A DNA stretch of 64,000 bases from Flavobacteriales bacterium (GCA_965662265.1 CBFIGX010000005.1:79544-143543); one strand, 5' to 3'. Positions 25,906 to 37,411 are shown, numbered from the stretch's first letter. Numbers and translations are program-made. The notes: generated by a model from the letters alone, not told the origin.

Positions 25906-27441
25906 TTATCCCGCCCAATTTTCACGATCTAAACTTCTATAGTGAATAGCTTCAGATAAGTGTTTAATATCTATTTCATCACTTTGATCTAAATCGGCAA
26001 TTGTCCTTGATACCTTAAGGATTCTATCATAAGCACGTGCACTTAAGTCTAATTTTTCCATGGCTAGTTTTAATAAATTAGAAGAGGCCTTATCTAAAAC
26101 ACAGTTTTTTTTTATAACATTAGATTCCATTTGGGCATTACAATATATGTTTTGATTGTGAAAACGTTCCCCTTGTTTAATTCGAGACTCAATGACTCGT
26201 ACTCTTATTTCTTCACTAGGTTCTTCATTTGTAACTTCCGTAAGTTGATCGAAACTTACAGGTGTTACCTCCACGTGTAAATCAATACGATCTAACAATG
26301 GACCTGAGACTCTATTTAGATATTTTTGAACCAGTCCGGGTGCGCAAACGCATTGTTTGGTTGGATGGTTATAATACCCACATGGACATGGATTCATAGA
26401 GGCTATTAAGGTAAAGCTAGCAGGAAAGTCAACATTAAATCGAGATCTCGATATCGTCACAACTCTATCTTCTAAGGGTTGTCTCATCACTTCTAATACG
26501 GTTCTCTTGAACTCAGGGAGCTCATCTAAAAAAAGAACCCCATTATGAGCTAAAGAGATTTCACCAGGTTGTGGAACTGTCCCTCCTCCAACTAAAGCCA
26601 CATCAGAAATAGTGTGATGAGGAGCTCTAAAAGGTCTGTGGGCAACCAAGGAAGAAATCTCATTAAGCTTTCCAGCAACAGAATGAATTTTTGTTGTCTC
26701 TAATGCCTCCGCTAAGCTTAGAGGCGGTAATATACTAGGAAAACGTTTTGCAAGCATGGTTTTACCTGAACCTGGAGGCCCAATTAGAATTACATTATGC
26801 CCACCTGCTGCAGCTATTTCCAAAGCTCTTTTTATATCCACTTGACCTTTAACATCTGAGAAATTGTGAGTTTCATTTTTTTGCTCATAATTAAATACTG
26901 CTCTAGTGTCTACAAATTCAGGTTCTATTGAGGCATCTCCAGAAAAAAAGCTACAAACCTCTTTAATATGACTCATACCGTACACATTTATACCAGATAC
27001 AATAGCGGCCTCCTTAGCATTTTTGCGTGGTAAGATAAGACCTTTAATACCTTCTTTTTTTGCTTGAATAGCTATTGGTAAAGCGCCTTTAATAGGCAAG
27101 ATGGTCCCGTCTAGTGACAACTCTCCCATAATGATATATGAAGAAATATTAGGTGCATCAATTTGTTTAGAGCCTACAAGAACACCAATAGCTATTGCTA
27201 GATCGTAGGCTGCTCCCTCCTTTCTTATATCTGCAGGCGCCATATTTACTACCACTTTAAAACCTGGCCACCTATAACCCTGATTGTAAAGTGCGACATG
27301 AATACGCTCCTTTGATTCTTTTACAGCATTGTCAGGCAATCCAACCAATATAAACTTTGCTCCACGAGATATATTAACCTCTATGGTTATCGTGGTAGCA
27401 TCTATTCCATGAACAGCACTACCAAATACTTTAACTAACAT
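25906..27441 (-). CDS. comM: YifB/ComM family Mg-chelatase-like ATPase
   Basis: It has an N-terminal Lon-protease-like domain and an AAA+ core: DVKGQVDIKRALEIAAAGGHNVILIGPPGSGKTMLAKR...GVLFLDELPEF. Confidence 0.9.
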   Translation of the reverse strand: MLVKVFGSAVHGIDATTITIEVNISRGAKFILVGLPDNAVKESKERIHVALYNQGYRWPGFKVVVNMAPADIRKEGAAYDLAIAIGVLVGSKQIDAPNISSYIIMGELSLDGTILPIKGALPIAIQAKKEGIKGLILPRKNAKEAAIVSGINVYGMSHIKEVCSFFSGDASIEPEFVDTRAVFNYEQKNETHNFSDVKGQVDIKRALEIAAAGGHNVILIGPPGSGKTMLAKRFPSILPPLSLAEALETTKIHSVAGKLNEISSLVAHRPFRAPHHTISDVALVGGGTVPQPGEISLAHNGVLFLDELPEFKRTVLEVMRQPLEDRVVTISRSRFNVDFPASFTLIASMNPCPCGYYNHPTKQCVCAPGLVQKYLNRVSGPLLDRIDLHVEVTPVSFDQLTEVTNEEPSEEIRVRVIESRIKQGERFHNQNIYCNAQMESNVIKKNCVLDKASSNLLKLAMEKLDLSARAYDRILKVSRTIADLDQSDEIDIKHLSEAIHYRSLDRENWAG

Positions 27442-27484
27442 ATGTATATTATTTTATTTATTGTTCAATATAGGAATATTAAAC

Positions 27485-27518
27485 AAAAAAAAAGGTGTCT
27501 AAAAAGACACCTTTTTTT
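27485..27518 (-). terminator. Intrinsic terminator downstream of the T9SS cargo gene
   Basis: Sequence is aaaaaaaaaGGTGTCTaaaaAGACACCttttttt. Confidence 0.75.
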
Positions 27519-27531
27519 CGTAAAGATATAT

Positions 27532-29556
27532 TTATTCGGATATCACAAACTTACGAGTTTGTTCATAACCGTTCTCAGCTCTTATTTTTGCATAATAAAC
27601 ACCAGGAGCATATCCAATAACGCTTAATTCTACCACATCTGAGGTAAATTCACTTATTGGCTTGAAATAAACCTCTGTGCCAAGATTATTATAAATCGTT
27701 ATAGCTACATCTTGTTTACGTGCGAAAGACATACTCAGCTGAATATTGTCAGAAGCTGGATTGGGGAAAATCTCAATATGGTGTTCGCTAAAATCAGTTG
27801 TTTCAAGAGGGTAATCTACTGTAAAATGATAATCTATTTGCTGACCAAAGTCGTCCGGAAATTTTTTGATTATGTTACCCTCCATATTTCTGATTTGAAC
27901 AATGCCGGCTGCACTTGATGATTCACCATTATACCAATATTCGTTAACGCCATCTTCAGCTGCATCTTTAAAAGTTAACACATAACAACCCCAGTTTAAT
28001 GAAATCGTATCTTTATGCCATGTAAAAGCAGCACCATTTGGTCCTTGCTCATAAAGTAATTCCCCTTCAGCGTCATTAATGGTGTATGAACTCTGTATAG
28101 CTCTATTGGTTGATCCATAGTTTACCTGAGTTCTATATTCAAAGACAAATTCTTGAGGCAATACATCAGGAATTTCAATAGATGAGCGTAGTGTATTATT
28201 AGAGGTATACTCGTCGCCGTCATATAACAAGTTAACGATAAATTTAGAATTTTCGGTAGTGCCTGTCCAATTTGGATTTGGAAGATCTATTTGGGCTGAT
28301 TCTGAGTAATTTATTGCGCCACTCCACTCATAAATTGATAAGTCTTGACCTTCTATACCATATTCAATTCGTACCGTATTAATTAATTCTGAACCTCTAT
28401 TTTTAATTATAATTTTCGGTGAAGCGCAAATAGGGTTTTTTCGAGACCATGCATCTTTTGTGGATGGAGCAATAATGTCAACAATTTCAATATCTTTCGA
28501 AAAGCTATGGGCGCCATAAGTAAATAAGGTATTTGAAACAATAAATGAGCCGTCTGATTCGCCATTATTAGAATAACCTTGAATGGTATAATCGATCAGA
28601 ACATCCTGATCAAACTCTATAAAATCAGTAATGTAGGTAGTTTCCATGTCAACTTTTGTACCAGGACACCAACCTGCCCTATCAAAAGGCCATGTTCCTC
28701 CTTGTGGGTAGATTGGTATCATTCCACAATCATTCCACACATCCCACTGAAAGTATTCTTCACCATCAATAGAGATACCGTGTTGCTTTGAAACCCACTC
28801 GCAACAATTTTGTGGCCCTTCATGTCCATGTCCTGAAATAATAGACTTTACAGCAATCTTTGTAACCTCTTGATCAAAATTTTTAGTAATTGGCACAAAA
28901 TGATCGTTATCGGCCAAACTCTGATATGAGTAGCTACCTACCGGATACATATTTTCTATAGACAATACTTCTAATGGAGGAGTACCTTTAATAAAATCAA
29001 AATTTATGGAAGCAGAAAAACCACGTCCTTCTTGAGGCCAACCACTAAAAAGCACACGAATCAGTGAAGAGTCGTTTAACAAAGGTGCATAATCAGTGAT
29101 ATCAAACTCATAATTATGGGTCCACGAGGCACCATACAGATCGTTAGGGTCGGATGTTGAACTGTTCCAATCCATATAGTTGCCATAAGGTGTAATTAGC
29201 CGACCTAATTCAAATTTTTCTAGCACAGGATAAATGTTCCATGTTGTATCTACTATTGTATAGTCCGTTACAAGAGTATCTATCGAAACAATCGATGAAT
29301 CTAATAGACCTGTAGGCTCCATAAGATAAATTGCAACCGTATAATCCCAATGAGAGCAGCCACCATCAGAGCAGCCTAATGTGAAATTCATCGTTATTTC
29401 TTCAAAATTTCCTTCGGTAGGAAAAAGTGCGTTTGCATCATAATTACCATACCAAGTTAATTGTGTATTGTCGTGAGCAGATACTTGTATCGTATCGTTT
29501 TGTGCTAGTACACTTATACCAAATAGTAATGACAAGCTTAAGAAAAATTGTTTCAT
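27532..29556 (-). CDS. T9SS-sorted secreted protein, peptide-N-glycosidase F-related (tentative)
   Basis: It has a signal peptide. SGHGHEGPQNCCEWVSKQHGISIDGEEYFQWDVWNDCGMIPIYPQGGTWPFDRAGWCPGTKV resembles the PNGase F C-terminal domain as I recall it. The C-terminal FPNPASDNIQLSM...GVYYAKI tail is a T9SS type-A CTD. Confidence 0.5.
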   Translation of the reverse strand: MKQFFLSLSLLFGISVLAQNDTIQVSAHDNTQLTWYGNYDANALFPTEGNFEEITMNFTLGCSDGGCSHWDYTVAIYLMEPTGLLDSSIVSIDTLVTDYTIVDTTWNIYPVLEKFELGRLITPYGNYMDWNSSTSDPNDLYGASWTHNYEFDITDYAPLLNDSSLIRVLFSGWPQEGRGFSASINFDFIKGTPPLEVLSIENMYPVGSYSYQSLADNDHFVPITKNFDQEVTKIAVKSIISGHGHEGPQNCCEWVSKQHGISIDGEEYFQWDVWNDCGMIPIYPQGGTWPFDRAGWCPGTKVDMETTYITDFIEFDQDVLIDYTIQGYSNNGESDGSFIVSNTLFTYGAHSFSKDIEIVDIIAPSTKDAWSRKNPICASPKIIIKNRGSELINTVRIEYGIEGQDLSIYEWSGAINYSESAQIDLPNPNWTGTTENSKFIVNLLYDGDEYTSNNTLRSSIEIPDVLPQEFVFEYRTQVNYGSTNRAIQSSYTINDAEGELLYEQGPNGAAFTWHKDTISLNWGCYVLTFKDAAEDGVNEYWYNGESSSAAGIVQIRNMEGNIIKKFPDDFGQQIDYHFTVDYPLETTDFSEHHIEIFPNPASDNIQLSMSFARKQDVAITIYNNLGTEVYFKPISEFTSDVVELSVIGYAPGVYYAKIRAENGYEQTRKFVISE

Positions 29557-29564
29557 GTTATGAT

Positions 29565-30314
29565 TTAATTTAGATAGAATGAGTTAGATAGGTTATCAGA
29601 TAATGTTTGAAAAATTTCGATATTAATCTCAGAATGGGCAGCGTCTTGTTCAACAAAATCTATAGTTCCAGCATCACCAAGAAGCAGTGAATCTAGTGCA
29701 AAATTAATTGCAATGGTTGCGCCCAGTTCATTCAAGTCAATAGCTCCAAGCCCTAGCTGGATTGTTCGATACATACTATCGAAGCCTGTATGATAAGAAA
29801 ACGTTGATTGTGGAATTCCTAATTGTGTGGTATCAACCCTTCCTTCGAGCATTAAAAACTTATATTTCGAGGCCCACGACCAATACGTATTTTGAGATAT
29901 ACTAAGTGGCGAATCAAAATCTACTGCAGAAGGGTCGCTTGCATTCATTAATGAGTCTAAGCCTACCCCAAAGTGTATCGTATTATATGTTCCTTTTGAA
30001 AGGACTGTTTCATAATAATAATTAGAACTAGAAAAATCTATTAAAGAAAGTGTGTCTAATTCAATTATATCTCCACTAGAATGTTCGATACTAAGGTGAG
30101 ATAAATAAAACTTAAACATCTCTACACGAAAAGAGCGCCCTAAATAATCAGTATAAAGTGAATCATTAAGTACTAGAACTTCTCCATTATATGTAGGTGA
30201 TATGGTAATGGTTAAAGGAACACTATGGCATACTTGAGTCAATTTATCTTTTTCGCAAGAAGACAATATTAGAATCAAAAGACTTATCGATATGGCACTT
30301 TTAAAAATTTTCAT
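29565..30314 (-). CDS. Lipoprotein, MbnP-like family (tentative)
   Basis: The lipobox is ILSSC. FKFYLSHLSIEHSSGD, YNTIHFGVGLD and YWSWASKYKFLMLEGRVD parallel flavobacterial MbnP-family proteins. Confidence 0.45.
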   Translation of the reverse strand: MKIFKSAISISLLILILSSCEKDKLTQVCHSVPLTITISPTYNGEVLVLNDSLYTDYLGRSFRVEMFKFYLSHLSIEHSSGDIIELDTLSLIDFSSSNYYYETVLSKGTYNTIHFGVGLDSLMNASDPSAVDFDSPLSISQNTYWSWASKYKFLMLEGRVDTTQLGIPQSTFSYHTGFDSMYRTIQLGLGAIDLNELGATIAINFALDSLLLGDAGTIDFVEQDAAHSEINIEIFQTLSDNLSNSFYLN

Positions 30315-30324
30315 AGAATGAATT

Positions 30325-31914
30325 TTATGTTTTAGGGTGCTTGACTATAAAAGTACTTAAAACTAGATGTAAAATATAAACAATCGACAACAAAGATGCT
30401 ATTCTGCCTATATAATCACCGTATTGAGTGTAAAAGGTTATTTTATTAAGTTTAGATACATTTACAAGCATAGCACCTTGTTGATTGTAAGGAATGTGCT
30501 CAACCTCTTCACCTAAATGATTAATAAAAGAACTAACACCTGTATTTGCAGATCGTGTTATATAACGTCTATTTTCTACTGCTCTTAGTCGGGCATAGGC
30601 ATTGTGTTGTTGATAGCCAAAAGTCTCCCCCCACCATCCATCGTTTGTGATGATACTTATCCAGTCGGCACCTGCTAAGACAAATGACCTAACATAATCT
30701 GGAAAAATTGACTCGTAACATATCATTGATGCCGTATTACCATGACTAGTAGCTAAATTAACAATAGAATCATTAACACCAAAATTACCTATTGTTCCAC
30801 CAATATTAATTGGGAAAGCCTCTAATAATGGTCTTAGAAATAATGCAAATGGAGTCATTTCTGCACCGGGAACCAATTTTGACTTATGAAAAATTTGAGT
30901 CTTTCGATCTGTGCTTAATAGCAAAGCAGTGTTATAAACTTCAAAGTATTGGCCATCGCTACTTTTTCTTATCGATGGGTTTTGAATATTAGGATTCTGA
31001 ATAATTTTTCCTGTAGAAGCTCCTGTTAAAATTTCAGCATCAGGAAAAAATCGCAACCATTCTTTCATACGCATTAGTGTGGGAGCTGTTTCTACTCTTG
31101 ATTCCCAAATCCAGTCTACTACAAAAGTTTCTGGTAGGAGAATTAGGTCAGCAACCTGCTGCTGATTGGAGTCAAAAATAATTGATTTTACACGATCGAG
31201 CTGTTGTGATTGAGGAACTTTAAACTTTTCATCATGCGGCTCATAATTAGGTTGGACAATTAAAACGTGAAGTTTGTCTCCAGTTAAATTTGCATTTTGA
31301 TGATATAATAACTGTGATATAGCAATAGGAAGTAAAGCTATAACTATAATTTTATATGGTTTAAGCCAAATACCTCTTTCATGGTATGTTTTGAGCATCA
31401 AAAAAACATATATATTAAGTAGCAACACCCAAATAGAGCCACCCAAAGTTCCTGTATACTCATACCACTGAATCCAGGATATGGCATCAGAAAAAACGTT
31501 CCCAAGAGTAAGCCAAGGCCATGTGAGTTCCCAATTTAAATGAAGGTATTCAAAAGCTAACCATAATGTAGGGAATGCAATAAAACCGTGCTTATTGCCT
31601 AATATTTTACGGATTTTAAATACCATAATCATGACACCAGACATAAGAAATGCGTTAAATATGGAAGCAAAGAGGCCACCTCCCCAATGGGCATTCATGA
31701 CCCATGATGTTAAACTAAAGTTTATTACAAAAAATAAGAGAAGAAGTTTTAGGAATAAACTGAAGGTGTTGGTTTGTGTAGAACTATTGAAAACAAGCCA
31801 CAAAAGAGGTACAAATGCAACAAATATGAAACAAGTATAACCATTAGGAGGCCATGCAACATAAAAGAACAACGAAGCTATTAAACCAACAAGTAGGTCT
31901 CTTACAAAATTCAT
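30325..31914 (-). CDS. lnt: Apolipoprotein N-acyltransferase
   Basis: It has a multi-TM N-terminal half and a CN-hydrolase domain (LILLPET..., MICYESIFPDYVR, ITNDGWWG). Confidence 0.85.
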   Translation of the reverse strand: MNFVRDLLVGLIASLFFYVAWPPNGYTCFIFVAFVPLLWLVFNSSTQTNTFSLFLKLLLLFFVINFSLTSWVMNAHWGGGLFASIFNAFLMSGVMIMVFKIRKILGNKHGFIAFPTLWLAFEYLHLNWELTWPWLTLGNVFSDAISWIQWYEYTGTLGGSIWVLLLNIYVFLMLKTYHERGIWLKPYKIIVIALLPIAISQLLYHQNANLTGDKLHVLIVQPNYEPHDEKFKVPQSQQLDRVKSIIFDSNQQQVADLILLPETFVVDWIWESRVETAPTLMRMKEWLRFFPDAEILTGASTGKIIQNPNIQNPSIRKSSDGQYFEVYNTALLLSTDRKTQIFHKSKLVPGAEMTPFALFLRPLLEAFPINIGGTIGNFGVNDSIVNLATSHGNTASMICYESIFPDYVRSFVLAGADWISIITNDGWWGETFGYQQHNAYARLRAVENRRYITRSANTGVSSFINHLGEEVEHIPYNQQGAMLVNVSKLNKITFYTQYGDYIGRIASLLSIVYILHLVLSTFIVKHPKT

Positions 31915-31970
31915 AGGATGGATTTATATCGCATAAATTTTCTTTAATTTGCTACAAATATAAGGTTCAA

Positions 31971-32663
31971 ATGCGAAAACACATCCCAAACTTACTTACA
32001 ATAACAAATCTTATTTGTGGCTGTATTGCTGTTCAACAAGTATTTGAAGGCAACTTAATTACTGCAGCCTATTTAATTGGGTTGTCCGCACTGTTTGATT
32101 TTATGGATGGTGCAGCTGCACGATTACTTAAAGTGTCAAATGACCTAGGAAAAGAATTAGACTCTTTAGCAGATCTAGTAAGTTTTGGAGTGGTTCCTGG
32201 TGCTGTTGTTTTTCAACTGGTAGAAAATAGCACCTTAAGTACATATTCGTTTGTTGCTCTTATTATACCTGCTTTGTCTGCATACAGATTGGCTAAATTT
32301 AATATTGACGAACGACAAACAGATATGTTTATTGGGCTACCTGTTCCAGCAAATGCCTTGGTATTTTTATCCTTTCCTTTAATAACTCAGCACCAACCAA
32401 ATCATATACTATCTAACTGGATTGCTACTCCTGAAGTCCTCATCATAGCAAGTTTTGTGTTTTCAATTTGCTTAGTTTCTGAGTTACCTTTGTTTGCCTT
32501 AAAATTTAAATCGCTTTCTTTTACTAATAATAAGTTGAGATATTTATTTATAGTTTTAGCCGCAACAATTGTGGTATTTATGCAATTTGCAGCTATACCT
32601 GTTATTATCGTATTGTATATCCTACTTTCTCTAATTTTCAGGAAAACTACTTACGCAAAGTAA
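31971..32663 (+). CDS. pssA: CDP-diacylglycerol--serine O-phosphatidyltransferase (CDP-alcohol phosphatidyltransferase family)
   Basis: It carries the [31 protein letters not shown] motif (DG..AR...G...D...D). Confidence 0.8.
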   Translation: MRKHIPNLLTITNLICGCIAVQQVFEGNLITAAYLIGLSALFDFMDGAAARLLKVSNDLGKELDSLADLVSFGVVPGAVVFQLVENSTLSTYSFVALIIPALSAYRLAKFNIDERQTDMFIGLPVPANALVFLSFPLITQHQPNHILSNWIATPEVLIIASFVFSICLVSELPLFALKFKSLSFTNNKLRYLFIVLAATIVVFMQFAAIPVIIVLYILLSLIFRKTTYAK

Positions 32664-33372
32664 AATTTTGCCCTAAGTAAACCCGTCTTACCTGTTCGTC
32701 AGCAGCAAGTTCTTCTGCAGTACCTGCTTTTAAAATATTTCCTTCGAATAATAGATAAGCTCTATCCGTGATAGATAAAGTTTCCTGAACGTTATGATCT
32801 GTAATTAGAATACCAATGTTTTTCTCTTTCAGTTTATAAACGATAGACTGTATATCTTCAACTGCAATAGGATCTACACCTGCAAAAGGCTCATCTAGTA
32901 AAATAAATTTAGGACTCACAGCCAGTGCTCTAGCTATTTCAGTTCTACGTCGTTCTCCTCCAGACAATAAATCGCCTCTAGTATTACGTATGTGCGATAA
33001 ACTAAATTCGCTTATTAACTCATCTAATTTCTCAGATTGCTCTTGTTTACTGAGTTTAGTCATCTCTAATACGGCTTTAATATTTTCTTCTACTGTGAGC
33101 TTCCTGAATACAGAAGCCTCTTGCGCTAGATATCCAATACCTTTTTGTGCTCTTTGATACATAGCGTCAACTGTAATATCTTTATCATCCAGATACACAG
33201 AGCCTAGTGTAGGTTTTACAAGTCCTACAATCATATAAAAAGAGGTTGTTTTACCAGCGCCATTTGGGCCCAGTAAACCAACAATTTCGCCTTGATTAAC
33301 TTCCAAACTAACGCCTTTTACCACTGTGCGATCTTTATATGTTTTGATAATATTATCTGCGCGTAATTTCAT
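32647..33372 (-). CDS. lptB: LPS export ABC transporter ATP-binding protein LptB
   Basis: [56 protein letters not shown]. Confidence 0.88.
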   Translation of the reverse strand: MKLRADNIIKTYKDRTVVKGVSLEVNQGEIVGLLGPNGAGKTTSFYMIVGLVKPTLGSVYLDDKDITVDAMYQRAQKGIGYLAQEASVFRKLTVEENIKAVLEMTKLSKQEQSEKLDELISEFSLSHIRNTRGDLLSGGERRRTEIARALAVSPKFILLDEPFAGVDPIAVEDIQSIVYKLKEKNIGILITDHNVQETLSITDRAYLLFEGNILKAGTAEELAADEQVRRVYLGQNFTLRK

Positions 33373-34177
33373 TTTTTTGGGCTGATTTATTTACCACGTA
33401 TTTTGATATATAGATACTTATTTCATAAAGAACTAGTAATGGTAAAGTCACTAAAACTTGACTAGACAAATCTGGCGGCGTTATAATGGAGGCAATAATT
33501 AAAGAACCTACTATAGCATGAGAACGATATGTCCTCATAGTTTCAGGTAACAAGAGTCCCATGCTCGACAAAAAATAAACCAAAACTGGTAATTGAAATA
33601 TTAAACCACAAGCAAAAGTAATTGTTGTGACGGTACTAATAAATGAACTTAGATTTATTTGATTAGATACCATATCGCTAACTTGATAACTACCCAAAAA
33701 ATTGACTGACAAAGGAGAAATAACAAAATAACCAAAGCATATGCCGAGCATAAACAAGAATGAGACTACAACGACGACACCAGAAGTATACTTAGTTTCG
33801 TTATTGTTTAAAGCTGGCTTAATAAAACGCCACAACTCCCAAAATATATATGGAAATGCAATAATGATTCCTGCAATAAAAGCAACCCATAAATGCATGG
33901 TAAACTGACCAGACATATCAACATTCATTAAAATAAATGGCTGTTCAGTAATACATAACACATCACCCAAGTTAAATATTTCTGCAAGTTTACATAGACC
34001 TCTATAAGTTATAAAATCGGGCTCTTTAGATGCCAACAACACCTTGTCGAATAATAAATACTTATTTACAAATGCCAAAATGGTAAACACTAACACCCCT
34101 ATTACCGATCTAATAAGATGGCCTCGTAACACCCCTAGATGTTGTAAGAAAGACATGTCGTTTTGTTTAGCGCTCAT
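33353..34177 (-). CDS. tatC: Twin-arginine translocase subunit TatC
   Basis: [17 protein letters not shown]... with six predicted TM segments, typical of TatC. Confidence 0.88.
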   Translation of the reverse strand: MSAKQNDMSFLQHLGVLRGHLIRSVIGVLVFTILAFVNKYLLFDKVLLASKEPDFITYRGLCKLAEIFNLGDVLCITEQPFILMNVDMSGQFTMHLWVAFIAGIIIAFPYIFWELWRFIKPALNNNETKYTSGVVVVVSFLFMLGICFGYFVISPLSVNFLGSYQVSDMVSNQINLSSFISTVTTITFACGLIFQLPVLVYFLSSMGLLLPETMRTYRSHAIVGSLIIASIITPPDLSSQVLVTLPLLVLYEISIYISKYVVNKSAQKNEITRR

Positions 34178-34178
34178 T

Positions 34179-35192
34179 TTATAAAATACCTTCTTTTAGA
34201 ATATCGTTCAAGTGAATTAAGCCAATATATACTCCATTATCAACAACTATTAATTGCGTGATGTTTTTAGTCTCCATAGTTGATAATGCATTAGCGACTA
34301 GCGTACCTTTAGGAACAATATAAGGGTCTTTTGTCATTATAGTTTTTGCTTTGGCACCTGAAAAGTTCATATCATTTTCCAACATTCGTCTGAGATCACC
34401 ATCAGTTACCAATCCAACTACGCTTCCCTTATCGCATACAACTGTAGCTCCCAATCTTTTTGATGAAATTTCAACGATTACCTGACTTATAGTAGCATCT
34501 AAAGAAACTTCCGGTTTATTTTCGTGTATTAAATCTTCTACTCGTAAGTATAATTTCTTTCCAAGTGAACCTCCAGGATGATATTTAGCAAAATCTTCTG
34601 CTGTAAAATCTTTCATTTCTAAAAGTGCCACAGCCATGGCATCGCCTAATACTAGCTGGACAGTGGTACTTGTTGTAGGAGCAAGATTATTGGGGCAGGC
34701 CTCTTTTTCAGCAAAAGCGTGAAAAACATAATCGGATTGATCCGCTAAATATGAGGACTTATTTGAAGTCATTGCTATTAAAGGATTACCATTATTTTTT
34801 ATAAGTGGAACTAAGACTTTTATCTCGGGTGTATTACCACTTTTTGAAATACATAAAACGATATCATCTTGTAGTATCATTCCCAAATCGCCATGTATAG
34901 CATCAGCTGCATGCATAAATATTGCTGGCTGCCCAGTAGAATTTAGGGTGGCAACAATTTTATTAGCGATGTTTGCACTTTTCCCGATACCTGTAACTAT
35001 CAATCTTCCTTTTGATTCATGAATTAGTTGAATAGCAGATGTGAACTCCTTATCTATAAGGGTATTGAGATTTGAAATAGCTTCGGCTTGTAGACGAATA
35101 ACTTTGTTAACTATTTGTGATATTTCCTTAGAAGATTTCAAGTCTATTGTTTTGATATTAGATAACTTTATCTTTACTTTATTACCATGCAA
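34179..35192 (-). CDS. kdsD: KpsF/GutQ-family arabinose-5-phosphate isomerase (SIS + tandem CBS)
   Basis: The SIS block is GRLIVTGIGKSANIANKIVATLNSTGQPA...ISKSGNTPE. A C-terminal CBS pair follows. Confidence 0.85.
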   Translation of the reverse strand: MHGNKVKIKLSNIKTIDLKSSKEISQIVNKVIRLQAEAISNLNTLIDKEFTSAIQLIHESKGRLIVTGIGKSANIANKIVATLNSTGQPAIFMHAADAIHGDLGMILQDDIVLCISKSGNTPEIKVLVPLIKNNGNPLIAMTSNKSSYLADQSDYVFHAFAEKEACPNNLAPTTSTTVQLVLGDAMAVALLEMKDFTAEDFAKYHPGGSLGKKLYLRVEDLIHENKPEVSLDATISQVIVEISSKRLGATVVCDKGSVVGLVTDGDLRRMLENDMNFSGAKAKTIMTKDPYIVPKGTLVANALSTMETKNITQLIVVDNGVYIGLIHLNDILKEGIL

Positions 35193-35224
35193 AATAACTC
35201 AATTTTCGGGAATTTACAGCGTAT

Positions 35225-37411
35225 ATGATTGAAACAAATAAAACTCTCCATTTTGCTTTAAAAAAGCACTTTGGATTTTCAAGTTTTAAGGGCACACAAG
35301 AACAAATTATAATAAGCCTACTTAATGGAAATAATACCTTTGTAATAATGCCTACTGGTGGTGGTAAATCACTATGCTATCAACTACCAGCATTAATATC
35401 TGAAGGTACAGCAATTATAGTCTCGCCACTTATAGCTCTGATGAAAAATCAGGTAGATGCCATCCGGGGCTTTTCTTCTGATGATTCTGTTGCTCATGTA
35501 CTAAACTCATCTCTAACAAAACGCGAAGCATCACAGGTAAAAGAAGATGTTAAACAAGGAAAAACAAAACTTCTTTACGTAGCCCCTGAATCGCTTACTA
35601 AAGCTGAAAATATTCAGTTTCTAAAATCCGTGAAAATTTCTTTTTTTGCAATTGATGAGGCACACTGTATTTCGGAATGGGGACATGACTTTAGACCTGA
35701 GTATCGAAATTTAAAATCTATTTTTAATAAAATAGGCAAAACACCAATTATTGCGCTTACAGCAACCGCAACAGAGAAAGTGCAACAGGATATTCAAAAA
35801 AACTTAGGAATGGAGGGTTCACAATTGTTTAAATCCTCCTTTAACAGAGATAATTTATTTTATCAAGTTAGACCTAAAATAAATGTCAATAAAGAGATTA
35901 TAAAGTTTATAAAACAACACCCAAGTAAATCTGGTATTGTATACTGTTTAAGTCGAAAAAAGGTTGAAGAGATTGCCCAAACTCTTCAGGTTAATGGGAT
36001 TAATGCTTTACCATATCATGCGGGCTTAGATGCAAACTCAAGAGCTAAACATCAAGACGCCTTCTTAATGGAAGACTGTGATGTGATAGTAGCCACAATA
36101 GCCTTTGGAATGGGTATAGACAAACCCGATGTTCGATTTGTAATACACCATGACATTCCAAAGAGCTTGGAAAGCTATTACCAGGAAACAGGTAGAGCGG
36201 GTAGAGATGGCGGTGAAGGTATTTGTGTGGCTTTTTACAGCTATAAAGATATCGAAAAGCTAGAAAAGTTTATGCACGGTAAACCAGTTGCGGAACAGGA
36301 AATTGGTAAACAGTTGTTACTAGAAACCGTTTCTTATGCTGAAACTTCTATTTGCAGAAGAAAATATATTTTGCATTATTTTGGCGAAAAATTTAATACC
36401 GAAAAATGCCAAAAAAAATGTGATAATTGTAGCAATCCAAAAAAACAACTTGAAGGAAAAGATGACATTGTTCTGTTGTTAAATACAATTAGCGAAAGTA
36501 AAGAGAAATTTAAAGCGAAGGAAATAGTCAACATACTAACAGGAAATATGACGGCTATGCTTAACGACTATAATAGTAAAGAACTAGATGTGTTTGGCAA
36601 AGGCAAGCATCAAGATTCTAGCTATTGGCATGCAGTAATTAGGCAATTACAAGTGTCCGGATTACTGTCAAAGGATGTAGAAACATACGGACTGCTAAAA
36701 CTCAATAATTTATCAAGAGAATTTATTGAGAAGCCTAAATCTTTTATGATTACTGAAGACCATGACTATTCAGATATTGAAACAAAAGAAGCTCAATTGA
36801 ATCAAAAATCATCAGCTTTTGACACCAACCTTTTAGAGCTACTAAAAGATCTTAGAAGAAGTATAGCTAGAACAAAAAACTTACCACCTTTTGTTCTTTT
36901 TCAAGATCCTTCTCTAGAGGATATGGCCATGCAGTACCCAATAAGTACAGATGAACTAACACAAATCAATGGTGTTGGTTCTGGTAAAGCAAAAAAGTAC
37001 GGGAAAGAGTTTATATCATTAATTAAAGCTTATGTTGAAGAAAATGATATAGAAAGACCTCAAGACATGGTCGTCAAATCTATTGTTAACAAATCAGGCT
37101 TAAAAGTATTTATTATTCAAAGTACTGATCGAAAACTACCACTTGATGACATAGCATCAGCAAAAGGACTTAATATGACACAACTTATTAGTGAAATAGA
37201 AAATATTGTGTACTCAGGAACTAAAGTAGATATTACTTACTATTTAAATGAGATTTTAGATGAAGATCATCAAGAAGACATCTACAACTATTTTAAAGAT
37301 GATGCAGAAACAGATTCTATTGATGCAGCAATGGAAGAGTTTGAGGGTGATTATGAAGAAGAAGATCTTAGATTAATGCGAATCAAGTTCTTATCTGAGC
37401 TTGCAAATTAA
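35225..37411 (+). CDS. recQ: ATP-dependent DNA helicase RecQ
   Basis: MPTGGGKSLCYQLPA, DEAHCISEWGHDFRPEY, a Zn-binding CRRK...C..CDNC, and a C-terminal HRDC-like region. Confidence 0.95.
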   Translation: MIETNKTLHFALKKHFGFSSFKGTQEQIIISLLNGNNTFVIMPTGGGKSLCYQLPALISEGTAIIVSPLIALMKNQVDAIRGFSSDDSVAHVLNSSLTKREASQVKEDVKQGKTKLLYVAPESLTKAENIQFLKSVKISFFAIDEAHCISEWGHDFRPEYRNLKSIFNKIGKTPIIALTATATEKVQQDIQKNLGMEGSQLFKSSFNRDNLFYQVRPKINVNKEIIKFIKQHPSKSGIVYCLSRKKVEEIAQTLQVNGINALPYHAGLDANSRAKHQDAFLMEDCDVIVATIAFGMGIDKPDVRFVIHHDIPKSLESYYQETGRAGRDGGEGICVAFYSYKDIEKLEKFMHGKPVAEQEIGKQLLLETVSYAETSICRRKYILHYFGEKFNTEKCQKKCDNCSNPKKQLEGKDDIVLLLNTISESKEKFKAKEIVNILTGNMTAMLNDYNSKELDVFGKGKHQDSSYWHAVIRQLQVSGLLSKDVETYGLLKLNNLSREFIEKPKSFMITEDHDYSDIETKEAQLNQKSSAFDTNLLELLKDLRRSIARTKNLPPFVLFQDPSLEDMAMQYPISTDELTQINGVGSGKAKKYGKEFISLIKAYVEENDIERPQDMVVKSIVNKSGLKVFIIQSTDRKLPLDDIASAKGLNMTQLISEIENIVYSGTKVDITYYLNEILDEDHQEDIYNYFKDDAETDSIDAAMEEFEGDYEEEDLRLMRIKFLSELAN

